Shown here piece by piece: positions 10,464 through 21,536 of a stretch of DNA of 64,000 nt. The notes beneath the pieces are model-generated. The model made no database searches. It was not told where the DNA came from and saw only the letters and a program-made list of their open reading frames with translations. The DNA is from Perkinsela sp. CCAP 1560/9 (lineage: Eukaryota; Protista; Euglenozoa: Kinetoplastea): NCBI GenBank assembly GCA_965644495.1, contig CBFFSA010000001.1, positions 3,038,001 through 3,102,000 on the forward strand. Direction: 5' to 3'. Each line of letters begins with the position of its first letter. The first letter of the stretch is position 1. The translations under genes were made by a program, and so were the position numbers.

Positions 10464-11625
10464 TTACATCCCAGACGCGGGGTGGACATTATGCTGAGAA
10501 AATTCTGGTGAACTTAAACATAAGCACGTCAAATCTATGTGTGTAATTGTACATGCCTGATAACTCCTCGTTACCTTCCAAGTTCAGTATACGTACGGAC
10601 GACGGAAGCGTAGAAAATCCAAACGTGCCTGAAAATCTGTTCCATTCCAGTTGTTTTTTCATGCACTTATAGTGCAGAGATTTGCCTCACTACATGTCCT
10701 TACCCGCATACGACGGGTGGATCACGTGAGGATTTGCCCTCGCTGGAGGAGAATGGGTGCAGAGAGCTGACGTCCCAGGTGCAGAGAGCTCGGTTGTCAT
10801 GTGCAGGTGCAGAGAGCCGGTTGCGTAATCCCCATATTACAGTTTCTGGGGCAATCCGGGTGCAGAGAGCTGCGACAGAGCCGAGGTGCGGAGAGCTGGG
10901 TGATCGCCAGGTGCGGAGAGCCGGAAGTCGTAGCGAAGAACACGTCTAGTGGTCCTCAAGGGAGGCCCCCGTGACGCATTGCCTCCTCGGAAAGGTAGGC
11001 ACGAGAAAGAGAAGCCGAGAGAGGGAAGCACACTCACTCCAGGAGAGTGAGTCGGGGAGGGGTGAAGGGTGAAAGGCGCGTCCCCTGCTTCAACAAAAAG
11101 AGAGACAGTCCCGACCTTAGTGTCGGCCGGCAACGGGCATATAATGTAAGACTATGCCCGTTGCCGGGGAAAGAAAGGATGAACAAGCAAAGGATGATGC
11201 AGATTTTCCAGCGACCGTGGAAGCAACGCAGTCTCCAACTCACCGCGCAGCTCGTTCTTGGAAAGGTCCAACTTTATTAGTCCCTGAGGAAGACTCTCCA
11301 ATTGAAGTTCCCAGGTCAGATAGTTACACTGAGTACGATGCCCTCCGCAGTCAAAAATAATCAAAGAAGCAGGGATATTTTCCCAATGCATCGGGCCGTG
11401 CAGCTCAAGAGCGTTCCATTGAATCGCAGTCACTTCGCCGGATGGGTCTAAATGTACACCAGGCCATTCGCTGGCTGGGATTTCGTCCCTCCATTGAATC
11501 GGAGTTTTTAGCAGATCTTTTACCATACGAAATAAGTAAAACTCTGGAGGTAGCGTTGCGCGTGAGACTTTCCCACAGAGTGAAGTTCGTGGTTCGTCCT
11601 CAGCGCAAGAGTACAGCAGAATCAT
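10464..11625 (-). pseudogene. Leucine-rich repeat protein gene interrupted by a SINE-like insertion
   Basis: WPGV..D..GEV cap, LPQGLIKLDLSKNELRG; reading frame resumes after the insert as QLEWNRFSGTFGFSTLPSSVRILNLEGN, stop at 10464. Confidence 0.8.
10654..11197 (-). mobile_element. Short structured non-autonomous element (SINE/SIRE-like), copy 1
   Basis: Homologous to 31717-32251; interrupts the LRR ORF; A6 tail; flanked by CA on both sides; internal gtgcagagagc repeats. Confidence 0.8.
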
Positions 11626-12294
11626 AAAAAAATCTATGCGTTAATGAACGTGGTGATGGGAATAAAAATGTAACCGTTTATACGACGAGGTGGAACTCAA
11701 GCTGAGTCTAAAACAAATGTCAAAATACAAAATTCGGAAAAGGCTTACCAGCAATCGTATTACTTTCATCGAAGTAGGCTTTCTACAATAAAAATACTGC
11801 ACAACATAGGATCTAATTCCTAAACACAGTGGAGCGCTTCGCAACTATTTCCCATTTTATGACTATACGTTTTCCCCTTTTATGACTATATGTTTTAAAA
11901 ATTACGTAACTGAGCTGGAAAGAAGCAAACAAATGAAAAGGGTTCACGATGTTAGCGCGTCGATCAAAATACTTCAGATTTGCTAGAAGAAAAATGGGGG
12001 AAACGACTTTTTCAAATTCTTCGCTTGTGTAAATATGAAATGAGAAACTGCATCAACGTAAAATGTGGCAACAAAATGTAATTTATGTTACAATAAGGGA
12101 TCAACATTTTCTTCATCCAAGGGGCAAATAGCCGATATTTAATCAAAACAATGCAAAACGCCAACATGACGAGCCAAACGGGGCAACTTCTGATCTCGTA
12201 TAACATTACCTACTACCTTGTAGTTTAACTAACATACCCAACTTACCTGAACTCATCTTTATAAAGAATAAAACTTCTATTTTTGTATCACGCC

Positions 12295-13524
12295 TCACAG
12301 TTGACTTTTATGAACCTTCGGCACGTCATCCGGGAACTCCTCCTCAAGCGGCAGCGTCATCGCATAGGTCACCAAATCCTGCGCACTCATCTTCCCCTCC
12401 AGCAACTGCGCCACCGCGGACAAAATCGGAACCCGAATCCCCAACCTCTCCGCCAACCTCTTTGTCGCCTTCGCCGTCGGCAACCCCTCCACCACCCCCC
12501 CTGCCCCCTCCAACGCCTTCTCCACCCCCACCCCGGTCGCCAGCAGCTGCCCGAACTTCGCATTCCGACTCAACCCCCCATAGCAGGTCAGCATCAAATC
12601 CCCCATCCCCGCGAGCCCCCCCATGGTCTGCGAGCGCCCCCCGAGCCCCACCACGAGCCTGCGGAGGTCCGCCCAGCCGCGGGTGAGCAGCCCGTTGGTG
12701 GTGTTCGGCCCCAGCCCCAGGGCCACCGCCATGCCGCACAGAATGCTCAGCACGTTCTTCAGTGCGGAGCACGCCTCCACGCCGCGCACGTCCGTGCTGG
12801 TGTAGACCCGGAACACGTCGGAGGAGAGGGCGCGCTGGATGAACCGGGCGGTCGGGGGGCTCGCCGAGGCGACGGTCACCCACGTCGGCCGGGCCTCCAT
12901 GACCCCGCGCGCGAAGCTGGGCCCCGCGAGGAAGGCGGTGGGGTGGTGGGGCCCGAGCTCCGCGGAGAGGATGTCCTCGATGAAGTGGAGCGTGTCGACG
13001 GCAATGCCTTTGCTTACGGAGAGGACAGGGACGGAGGGGGGGAGGTCGGGTTTGAGCGCCCGGAGGTAGGCACGGGAGAATTGGACCGGGATGGCGTGGA
13101 TAAGGAGAGTGGAGCCGGGGATGGCCTCGGTGGGGGAGGTGGTGGCGGTGACGGTGGGGGGGAGGGGGGATTCGGGAAAACAGAGCGTGTTGCGGTGATG
13201 GGTGTTGATGTGGGTGACGTGTTTGGTTTCACTCTCCCGCATGAGAATTTTTACGTGATGGCCGCTTCGTCCTAGGGTACATGCCATGGCAGTACCAAAC
13301 GCTCCACCCCCCATCACGCACACACGCATGATTTGTGTAGGATGGCGTAAAGGTCGGGAGGCGAGGTCCTTATGAATGAGCGCCATTTCCGCGTGTGTTA
13401 CGAAACGTGGAGAGGCGCAGTGCTGTTGTGCCAGATCCCTCGCAATCACAGCACACAATTCGGGTGTGACGGAAATAGTGTCCCCGGCAAAGTGGTTCTG
13501 CACAGCAATCAAAACTTGGTCCAT
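12295..13524 (-). CDS. GPD: NAD(P)-dependent glycerol-3-phosphate dehydrogenase (GpsA type), putative glycosomal
   Basis: GGGAFGTA Rossmann motif, SKGI, AGPSFA, LKNVLSI, GLAGMGDLMLTC, SRN; C-terminal -SQL PTS1-like; ORF portion upstream of 13524 is MITE-derived. Confidence 0.92.
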   Translation of the reverse strand: MDQVLIAVQNHFAGDTISVTPELCAVIARDLAQQHCASPRFVTHAEMALIHKDLASRPLRHPTQIMRVCVMGGGAFGTAMACTLGRSGHHVKILMRESETKHVTHINTHHRNTLCFPESPLPPTVTATTSPTEAIPGSTLLIHAIPVQFSRAYLRALKPDLPPSVPVLSVSKGIAVDTLHFIEDILSAELGPHHPTAFLAGPSFARGVMEARPTWVTVASASPPTARFIQRALSSDVFRVYTSTDVRGVEACSALKNVLSILCGMAVALGLGPNTTNGLLTRGWADLRRLVVGLGGRSQTMGGLAGMGDLMLTCYGGLSRNAKFGQLLATGVGVEKALEGAGGVVEGLPTAKATKRLAERLGIRVPILSAVAQLLEGKMSAQDLVTYAMTLPLEEEFPDDVPKVHKSQL

Positions 13525-13579
13525 TTTCCTCGGAAAAAAGGCAGTAAAAAGTAGTACATACGGTAGTAAGGTATACGTA

Positions 13580-13751
13580 ATGTCCCCCCGTTTAAGCGCA
13601 CCTCGTTTTCCGTGAAAAGTGCGCTTAAACGGGGGGGGCTGAATCTGTACATTAAAAAAAATTGGCGCCGCTTCGCGGCGCCGCAGTCTACACCTCACCT
13701 CTATGTGCGCTTAAACGGGGGTCTGACTGCGTGCGCTTAAGGGGGGGACAG
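13580..13751. mobile_element. Small TA-flanked MITE
   Basis: Inverted ends tgtcccccc..ttaagcgcac / gtgcgcttaagggggggacag; internal ggcgccgcttcgcggcgcc hairpin. Confidence 0.6.
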
Positions 13752-14439
13752 TATATGTAGTAGTAAGGTATACGTAGTAAGGTATACAGTCCAGCTCTTG
13801 GCTCCCCCCCGGCTGCAGATCGCACCGTAAGAGCTTTTGACCTGATTCCTTCGGCATTCAACAGATCTCGAAAAACTAGAGCGTTTACTGCCGTCATTTT
13901 GACCATACCGACCCCTATGCGCATCATAGCTAAAAAATACAGGAAAAAGTAGGTGTTTTTTTCATAATTTAAAAAAATCCATTTGTTCTAATTTTTCAGA
14001 GCTTTTTTCTTTATAAATGGTTTCTCATTCCCCCAGCTAGCCTCGTACCCCGCGGCGGTACCAGTCTTGTACTGCCGCCTGTACAATCTGGGCATTGCCT
14101 TTCTCATTCAATGAATTTGCGGGATACTCCCGTTCAATCTACACAAGGACAGTATATCAACTCTCCCAAAAACAAAACACCCCCAATCAGTCATAAAATA
14201 GTGCGATGAATCCAATAGAGAACGTTTGGTCCATAATGGACCGAATTGTAAAGGAAAAATTGAGGGAGATACTGTGCCCCCCCACTTTTTCGAAAAAAGG
14301 ACAATTAAATGGGGGGGATCAATTTATTTGGTTAGATGAAACAAAGGTCCCAAACTTTTTTCATTATTTTAGGAATGAAAACAGGTTTAGGAAGCAAATG
14401 AAAGAAACCTTTTTTTTTGTTTGTCCGCCCCCGAGCCCA

Positions 14440-17400
14440 TTAGCGCACGCCCCTACGGTACCAGTTTTGTACCGCGGCATGCGCTATCTGGGCGTTCCCC
14501 TTTTGGATGGCTACCCCGATTGCCATGATGAAGTGGCTGAGGCAACCATTCTTCTCGCCGGTGGCCTTCCGAGCGACCAGATTTAGAAACTGGAGGGTCT
14601 CGGGTCCGGGGACACCGTACGTGGTGAAGGCCAAGGGGAAGAAATCCATCTCCCTGTCCCCCGTCATTTCCTCGTGAGTGCGCCTTTTGAGACGCTCTGC
14701 CTGCCTCACGGTGAAGGAGGGATCAGCAGCCTCCTTATCTACGTAGGACGGGGCCAGTGGGTTTACCACCGTCGCGTCCACTAGGACTAGCTTCCGCCCC
14801 AAAAGGAAACAAATGTCCGGTCCCCGACCGTTATCGAATCTAGGTTCGACGAGGTCTGGGGAGAATCCGTACTGGATTAATAGGTTGCGGAAAGTTTCCT
14901 TGACCCCCTTGTGGCGAGAGGCTTGTGTCTTTCCCCGAACCTTCTTACAATCCATGGCGTGGACGCAGAACTCCTCATTTTTGAGGGCCGCGCCACACAC
15001 ACATTGGATTTCTGGTTCGGAGGTGGGGGCCACCATGTACCGGACTCTAGCGGCGGTCTCCCATTCGGGATCCCGCATGTAGTACTCCGGCCTGTTCGGC
15101 CACGCATTCATCCACTTGGTCGAGTGGATGTTCTGGATCTGTCGCATGCAGACCAGATGCGTGGCCGACGGTGCCTTGTCCAAAGCAGCCGCCCCATAGG
15201 CGCGTCTTTGCTCCCTGGCGGGGGTGCCGGGGGACTGGCCTTGTAAGGCCTTGACTGCTTTGGCCTGCATGTCCTCCGCTTTGTCTTCGAAGGGGATGGT
15301 GCCCAGGAAGTCCGCCGTAAAAAGTTTGTTTACGAACGGCGTCGTTCCCATAGCACCCATCCCTCCGATAAGAGCTTCGGAGCATGCGGTGATGGCCGCG
15401 TCCACCTGCAGGTTCGCCTTTTTGGTCACCCCCGGTTCGTGCGTGCAAACTATGTGGTTCCACCGGGGGCTCCCGCATAGGCGGAGGAGAGGGAGGGCGC
15501 ACTGTCTGGGTAAATCCTTGAGTTTACCCAGGAAATTAGTGACCTTGGGGACCTTGGAGAGGACCCATTCCTCTTCCCGCGCTTCCGAGGCGCCAATGTA
15601 CGCCCCCAGAAGTTTCAGTCCCCCCGGACCGTGTTGCATCCGGCTCCCCGAGAAAGCCGTGTGCAGGCCTGGGTGGCGGGTAGCAACCTTGCACTTGGCC
15701 AGCTGTGCCAGGCTGTCCGGGGAAGGCGTGATGTCACCCTGCTCCGTCACCGCGCCTTGGGTATTGGGGGGCGTGACACTGGGGGCCTTGTAGGGAGGGT
15801 CCGTCCCAGCCATATGGGGGTAAGGCGGCGGAGGGGAGGTGGGGCACTCGCATTCCTGACGGGAGGAGTTACGAGGAGAAGTAGAGGCCGCGATTCCCTC
15901 CATGATAGTACCTGCCCCACCCGGGGTAGGGGTTGTAGCGCCAGGGGTAAGGACATTTTGGGTCTCCCTCCGGGCCCGCCACGTCTTAGAATGAGGACCT
16001 GGGTTTGCCTCGATACAGCCTCTGCGGAGGTTGCATTGAACAACACGGGTGGTCCAGCCCGTTTCGCTTACCAGGGTTTCCGTGGGAAGGAAACAGCAAA
16101 GGAGCCCTTCTTCGTAGTTGCGGGGCTCCCAGGCACCGGTCATGATCCGGGGGATACCCAAGACCTCGTTCAGACCGGCGGGGATGTCGTGCGCCGCACT
16201 CACCCCTGGGGCGGAGACCATGCCGTGGTGTGTCCCGTCATACACCCTGACTGTGGCTCCATCGCTAGGCCCTGGGGGAAAGGGGGGAAGGGAGAGGCTG
16301 ACCGCGACTCTTTGCGCTCTGTCCAGCCCTTCCCAGTCGGTGATGGGGGTGGCTTCGCCGGAGATGTCCTTCGGCAGCAGGCTCTCTCCGGGGACCCCTA
16401 ACGTGTTGCCCACAATGCTGATTGTGGCTTGAAACGAGCGTTCGGGCGGGCAGGGGATGACTATGTGACCCACGCGCTCGGGGCCAATGTCGAGGAGGAT
16501 TTTGAGGACCTCTTCCCCAGCCGGCTCGTATGGTTTGTCCGGGACTTCCCCACAGGGTGCTCTCGCCTGTATCGGGTACGCGCCCGACCTGTCCGCCAGT
16601 GGAACTGGGGGGAAAGGAGAGGGGGGAGGGAGGAGAGGAGGGAAGTTGGGAATGGGGGGATGAAAGGAGCGTAGGGGGGGCACGGGCCATGGAGGTCCTT
16701 TAGCCACTGTGTTGACCTGGGCCAAGCGCAGGCGGGCTTCCTCGGCGCAGAACCCCTCATAGTACGCCAGCATGGAGGCGTACCGCTCCGTTTTGATCCG
16801 GAGGGCTTCAGGGGCATGCTCCTTTAGCAGGGCAATAGATGCTTTCCTTAGCCGCTTGGGACCGTGCATCTTTACTAGGTGCGACTGTAGGGCTACATGG
16901 TGGGGTTGGGCTACCCCACATTCAATGCAGACCAAATGGCCGGCATTGATCAGAAGAAAGCGATCCTCGATGGCTTTCTGGGCCGCGTGCAGACCACTGA
17001 CAGCCTCCAGGGTCAGCTCATGGCGTGCCCGGGCCTCCATTTCCTCAAGGGAGATCCTCTCGTGCTCCGAGTGTAGGGTCGAGAGGAGACGCAGAGAGAC
17101 AGAGCATCTTCTAGTTTGTGCTAGAGGGAGCCCCGAGCTAGAAGGGGAGGGGAGGAGTTTAAAGCGCACAGCGTCCATCTCCTTGAACTGCTGCGCTAGC
17201 GTGGGGAGTTTCGGCGGACGCTCCGACGGGGCGGGGGCGTCGCTGTCCATCGCGTCCGACGTGATCGGGGGGGCGGTCGCCAGGCCAGGCGTCGAGATGC
17301 GGGAGTATGACGTGTTCCGACTGTCGGAGGTAGGGAGGGGAGCGAAGGAAACGTTGGCAGCTTTCCTCAAGATGGGGGTGGGGGCGACCGTAGTACCTGT

Positions 17401-17865
17401 ACGGTCAAAGCTCCGGGATCTGTCCCGAGAGGAAGAAGAACGTGGGATCCTGCGGGCTGTGGAGTTGGCTCGGGAGGATCGAGAGGAAGACGTGGAACGG
17501 GATGGAGGGGTCCCTGAGGCTTGCGTCGAGGCACGCACTCTAACGTCGTTCCTGTGCCGAGAGCGCAGAGTAACGCACTCCTCACACAGGCGGTTGTCCC
17601 GCCTGGTTGGCACGAAAGGGAGGCCACAGAAGTCGCAGGCACATGACTTGTGCTGCTCCTTGACACGGACGACCAAGTCCGGCCTCGCCTTCTTCAGCTC
17701 CTCGATGGAGAGCTGGCGCAGCCCCTCGGCCCCTACGGAGGGGTGGGGGCTGGAGCCTCGCCTGAGAGGGGTGGTAGCAAGTCCCCCTGAGGTCGAGGAT
17801 GATGGGGTGTTAATCCCAGTATCGGAATCCTTGTATCCCCGGTGGCCACGCCGACGTCTGGTCAT
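14440..17865 (-). CDS. CRE-like RLE non-LTR retrotransposon ORF with C2H2 finger and 2A-like motif; RT core deleted in frame
   Basis: CIEC..H...H finger; GCIEANPGP; resumes at LKLLGAYIG (RT domain 7); CxC..H..C, RH, GPD..VD.T..K RLE motifs; A-tail at ~14410-14419; no YxDD or QG.PL. Confidence 0.8.
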   Translation of the reverse strand: MTRRRRGHRGYKDSDTGINTPSSSTSGGLATTPLRRGSSPHPSVGAEGLRQLSIEELKKARPDLVVRVKEQHKSCACDFCGLPFVPTRRDNRLCEECVTLRSRHRNDVRVRASTQASGTPPSRSTSSSRSSRANSTARRIPRSSSSRDRSRSFDRTGTTVAPTPILRKAANVSFAPLPTSDSRNTSYSRISTPGLATAPPITSDAMDSDAPAPSERPPKLPTLAQQFKEMDAVRFKLLPSPSSSGLPLAQTRRCSVSLRLLSTLHSEHERISLEEMEARARHELTLEAVSGLHAAQKAIEDRFLLINAGHLVCIECGVAQPHHVALQSHLVKMHGPKRLRKASIALLKEHAPEALRIKTERYASMLAYYEGFCAEEARLRLAQVNTVAKGPPWPVPPLRSFHPPIPNFPPLLPPPSPFPPVPLADRSGAYPIQARAPCGEVPDKPYEPAGEEVLKILLDIGPERVGHIVIPCPPERSFQATISIVGNTLGVPGESLLPKDISGEATPITDWEGLDRAQRVAVSLSLPPFPPGPSDGATVRVYDGTHHGMVSAPGVSAAHDIPAGLNEVLGIPRIMTGAWEPRNYEEGLLCCFLPTETLVSETGWTTRVVQCNLRRGCIEANPGPHSKTWRARRETQNVLTPGATTPTPGGAGTIMEGIAASTSPRNSSRQECECPTSPPPPYPHMAGTDPPYKAPSVTPPNTQGAVTEQGDITPSPDSLAQLAKCKVATRHPGLHTAFSGSRMQHGPGGLKLLGAYIGASEAREEEWVLSKVPKVTNFLGKLKDLPRQCALPLLRLCGSPRWNHIVCTHEPGVTKKANLQVDAAITACSEALIGGMGAMGTTPFVNKLFTADFLGTIPFEDKAEDMQAKAVKALQGQSPGTPAREQRRAYGAAALDKAPSATHLVCMRQIQNIHSTKWMNAWPNRPEYYMRDPEWETAARVRYMVAPTSEPEIQCVCGAALKNEEFCVHAMDCKKVRGKTQASRHKGVKETFRNLLIQYGFSPDLVEPRFDNGRGPDICFLLGRKLVLVDATVVNPLAPSYVDKEAADPSFTVRQAERLKRRTHEEMTGDREMDFFPLAFTTYGVPGPETLQFLNLVARKATGEKNGCLSHFIMAIGVAIQKGNAQIAHAAVQNWYRRGVR

Positions 17866-18009
17866 GGGCTTGCGCCGGGGAGAGAGAGAGTAGAGGTAGA
17901 AAAAGAAAAGGATTCAACTTTAGGAATCTCCAAAGCGTTCGGATAAAGTTGGCTTTACAGAAACGGTATCTTTATCGTATGAGTAGTTTTTCTACCTATC
18001 CCGTACTAG

Positions 18010-18022
18010 TGTAGTAGTAGTG

Positions 18023-18054
<32 letters not shown>
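18010..18054. repeat. (TAG)n microsatellite
   Basis: gtagtagtag run. Confidence 0.9.
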
Positions 18055-19030
18055 TTCTTTTGTCAAACCGCTATAAGGTATGGGGTATGATAGAGCACCG
18101 ACTCGTGGAGTAGGAGGGCATATTGTAACCCAAGCATGAAGGCGACGTGGGCGAGACGATTCGGACGGTGGTGGCGAATGACGGTTCGCAGAGAGGAAAG
18201 GTTCGCAGGGAAGAAGGGAGTGGTGGTGGTGGTGGGGAATGGTTGTTCGCAGAGAGGGGAGAAGAAGGGAGTGATGTTGGAGGACAATGACGGTTCGCAG
18301 GGAGGGGAGAAAGGAGGGGTGGTGGGGGTGAATAACTATTATCCATACAAAGGAAGTAACCGAAAAAAAGTTAGAAACGTAGGTATAGCATATTGTAACA
18401 TGAAAAACTTGAACTAGACAGTATATAAATACAAACTGACGTCGGGCCCTGATATACTGTATGTATCAGGTTCGTAGGGAAAAAATTGAGCCCCCCCTCA
18501 AAAAAAAATCCGGAGCCGCTTCGCGGCGCCTCCTGCCCAGTCTCGCCAAAAAGGACAATTAAGTGGGGGGGGGGGGACTACGACAATTAAGTGGGAGGGG
18601 GACACAGTACTACCCCCTCGCTACCGTAGGTAAATTCGTCGTGCCCGATTTCGTGCCCGATTTGTGGCCCGATATCGTTTCAGGTGAGTTTTCGAAAAAA
18701 ATGTTTACAAAGACGTATGTATCGAATAGAGTGACATGATCACTAGTTTTTATTATGGGTGAAGCTAAAAAAATATATTTTTCCGAAAATCAACTCCTAG
18801 ACCGCTTTTTGAGAGTTTGGGGCCTGATATACCTGCATACACTTTGGTTTCATTCGATATTTCTCCATCCTGTGCCGGTAATTCACTTACAAAGGCTAAA
18901 ATCTACCTGAAAGTGTGTGACACACAAGGCCGTAGAGGAAGGAGGAGGCGCAAGGCAAAAAGACAGAAGGCTCCGCCTTCTGCCTTTTTGCCGCAGCGAC
19001 GACGACTTCCTCGCGTGGGAAGCTGTAAGG

Positions 19031-20262
19031 GGTGGAAGTATAGGAATATTGCATAAGTATAGGAATATTGCATAAGTATAGGAATATTGCATAAGTATAG
19101 GAATATTGCATAAGTATAGGAATATTGCATAAGTATAGGAATATTGCATAAGTATAGGAATATTGCATAAGTATAGGAATATTGCATAAGTATAGGAATA
19201 TTGCATAAGTATAGGAATATTGCACAAGTATAGGAATATTGCACAAGTATAGGAATATTGCATAAGTATAGGAATATTGCATAGCCGTCTAATCATGTCA
19301 CAAAATACTGTGAATTGGTTTAGTATAGGTTTAGTTTTTGGGTATCACGCTTTCACGTGACTCAGTGGCCCGGCCGGCCCCTCCGTGCGTTCGGCCTCTC
19401 ATTTCCCCCAAAACAACTACCACCTTCCCCCCATTTATCAGGGGTCGCTCGCGCGACCCCCGCTAAATAGGGGGGGGAAGGTGGTAGTTGTGGGGTATGG
19501 AGGCCTCTCGCAACTCCGGGGCCTCACCGGGAGCAAAGGTGAGTTCCCATAGCACCCCGCACCAACTTTTGGTAAAAGTTGAAATCGGTGCCTAAAACTT
19601 TATGCATGTGATTGTGCTGTTCCGAAGTATAGGAATATTGCATAAGTATAGGAATATTGCAGAGCCCCTCTAATTTTTTTTTAACTTTTGAAAAATTTCT
19701 CCTGGCAAGATCCCACCTGTATTGGATCTTACAAATCCTTTTCCTTGTAGATGAGACTCCAAAGTATATACGCACATCACATTTTCTAAAAATGGAAAAG
19801 TTGCATATAGGGGGTGACCCCGCCAAAGTAGCCAAAAACAGGTGAAAATGGGCTTTTTTAAGCAAAATCCACGAAAAGTGGCCATTTTAGGGCATTTTAG
19901 AAGGGTCACCCCTTATACATGTATGTGAAGTCTTCATTTGAAGTAAAAGTAGTTCAAAGTGATAGATTAGGGTACGTTATAGCGTCCATATGTTCGGTAT
20001 TCCATTTTCCCGGGGATACAAGTCTATGAGGCACGTAACAAATAAAAAAACTCGTATATTTTCGAGAAATATACCACCCTTGACTTTGTAAAAATTTGTT
20101 TCAAATTACAAAAAATAGGTGGTTTCCCGACAGTGTAATCGCAGATCTATACAACGGTTATAATTGTCTACCGAAATCAAGAAACTCATATTAAGGGGTG
20201 GGGGGTCAAAAATAGAGTTATGCAATATTCCTATACTTATGCAATATTCCTATACTTTGACC
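19031..20262. mobile_element. Non-autonomous Merlin/MULE-like DNA transposon
   Basis: 9-bp TSD GCTGTAAGG (19022-19030 and 20263-20271); termini GGT; TIRs built from a 19-bp repeat. Confidence 0.75.
19036..19282 (+). repeat. 13 tandem copies of 19-mer AAGTATAGGAATATTGCAT
   Basis: Counted directly; 2 more copies near 19626-19661 and 2 inverted copies near 20218-20257. Confidence 0.95.
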
Positions 20263-20287
20263 GCTGTAAGGGGTCCTAAGGCTATGT

Positions 20288-20482
20288 AACCCAGGCTAAA
20301 GTGGACGAGGGAGATACTAAAAGCACCTTTGGAAGACCGCCACAAAACTGGAACGTCATCTCCCGTTAAAGATCCTTTTGTGACATCAGAATGCTCTACA
20401 AAACGGGAGATACGGTTCCAGTTTTGTGGCGGTCTTCAAAAAGGTGCCTTTAGTATCTCCCTCGTCCACTTTAGCCTGGGTT
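20288..20482. mobile_element. Foldback MITE with ~80-bp arms
   Basis: aacccaggctaaagtggacgagggagatactaaa... mirrored by ...tttagtatctccctcgtccactttagcctgggtt. Confidence 0.7.
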
Positions 20483-21536
20483 TAAACCCGAGACCGAAAA
20501 ACGGCTCCGAAAGGCAATAAAGAAAGCCTTTGCAATGCTTAAGCGTCATCCTTATCGACGCCAAGTTTTAAATTGTGTAAATTCTGTTCCTAAATGCTTG
20601 CGCATTGTGCAGCGCGTTCAAGGAGACCATTGTGGGTACTAGTGCATAGGAATTTGTACTCATTTCTTATTTTTTTACCCCCCGTGAAAAAGCAAAATTG
20701 GGGGAAATTTCCCAACTTTCACCACGCCCACCTAGGACCCAGGGGGGGGGGGGTGATAGGCAAAGCAACGGTGGGAAACGCACTAGTTTTTCGAGATCTG
20801 TTGAATGCCGAATGAATTAGGTCAAAAGCTCTTACGGTGCGCTCTGGAGCCTGGGGGGTGCGAGCCAAGAGCTGGACTGTATGTATGGTAGTAAAGCCTA
20901 TAGGATGCGCAATATTAATTTTGCAAATTTTTCTATTTTAGTGGCTTCGTTAAATGCGGTGGTTGTTTTCAACTTAGAAGTCACTCATGCTGCGCGCTTC
21001 GCGTTGAAAACGCATTGAAAACTACCTCCGCGTTTAACGGAGCCACTAAAAAAGAAAATTTGCCAAAAGAACACGAATAACGTATTTTTTTGGGTAAAAA
21101 AGCTCCCGTTTTCGGCGAAAATTGCGAAATTTTAATCCAAATTCGGACTTTTTTTGATGCCTTACCAGTAGGGGCAGGGGCCGCATCTGCCAAAAAAAAT
21201 GTCGTAGAATGGTAGCCGAGATCCCAAGCTCTTAAAATACGTTTTACACACCTTAGCAGTTAATTAATTAATTTACTATTAACAAATTAGCACAATTAAT
21301 TTGCAATTAATTAACAAATTAGAAGAATTTGTATATATTAGATTCATCCCCATCGCTGTTTGTATAATGAAAGAGTCATCCCTGAGAGAGAGAGAGAGAG
21401 AAACATATTGGAACTCGCATGGGTCCCATGGAATGTAGAGTTCGTGCCGCAGGGGCTGCGCGATTCGCGGACGATTCGGAGCGGGAGGAGTCACTGGGAA
21501 GCTACGTATTTTTGAATGGACATCTATAATACAGTA

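Larger units (their letters stand above)
14272..18607. mobile_element. TA-flanked TIR element carrying the CRE-like insertion
   Basis: Ends ta|ctgtgccccccc.. and ..ggggacacag|ta; shared subterminal aaaaaggacaattaa motif. Confidence 0.55.
13787..20879 (+). mobile_element. Degenerate Tc1/mariner element hosting nested insertions
   Basis: ~100-bp TIRs (cagtccagctcttggc... / ...gccaagagctggactg), TA flanks; remnant MNPIENVWSIM at 14206. Confidence 0.7.

Noticed and set aside
12283-13275. 330-aa + strand ORF, and similar antisense ORFs at 6877-7521, 7648-8205, 16772-17893
   Set aside because: Shadows of GC-rich genes on the opposite strand
16851-16867. Twister-like cggtcccaagc on the minus strand
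   Set aside because: No P4 closure or GAGGG; encodes HGPKR in the ORF
19036-19282. CRISPR array or repeat-protein ORFs
   Set aside because: No spacers; a simple 19-bp tandem lacking stops on one strand
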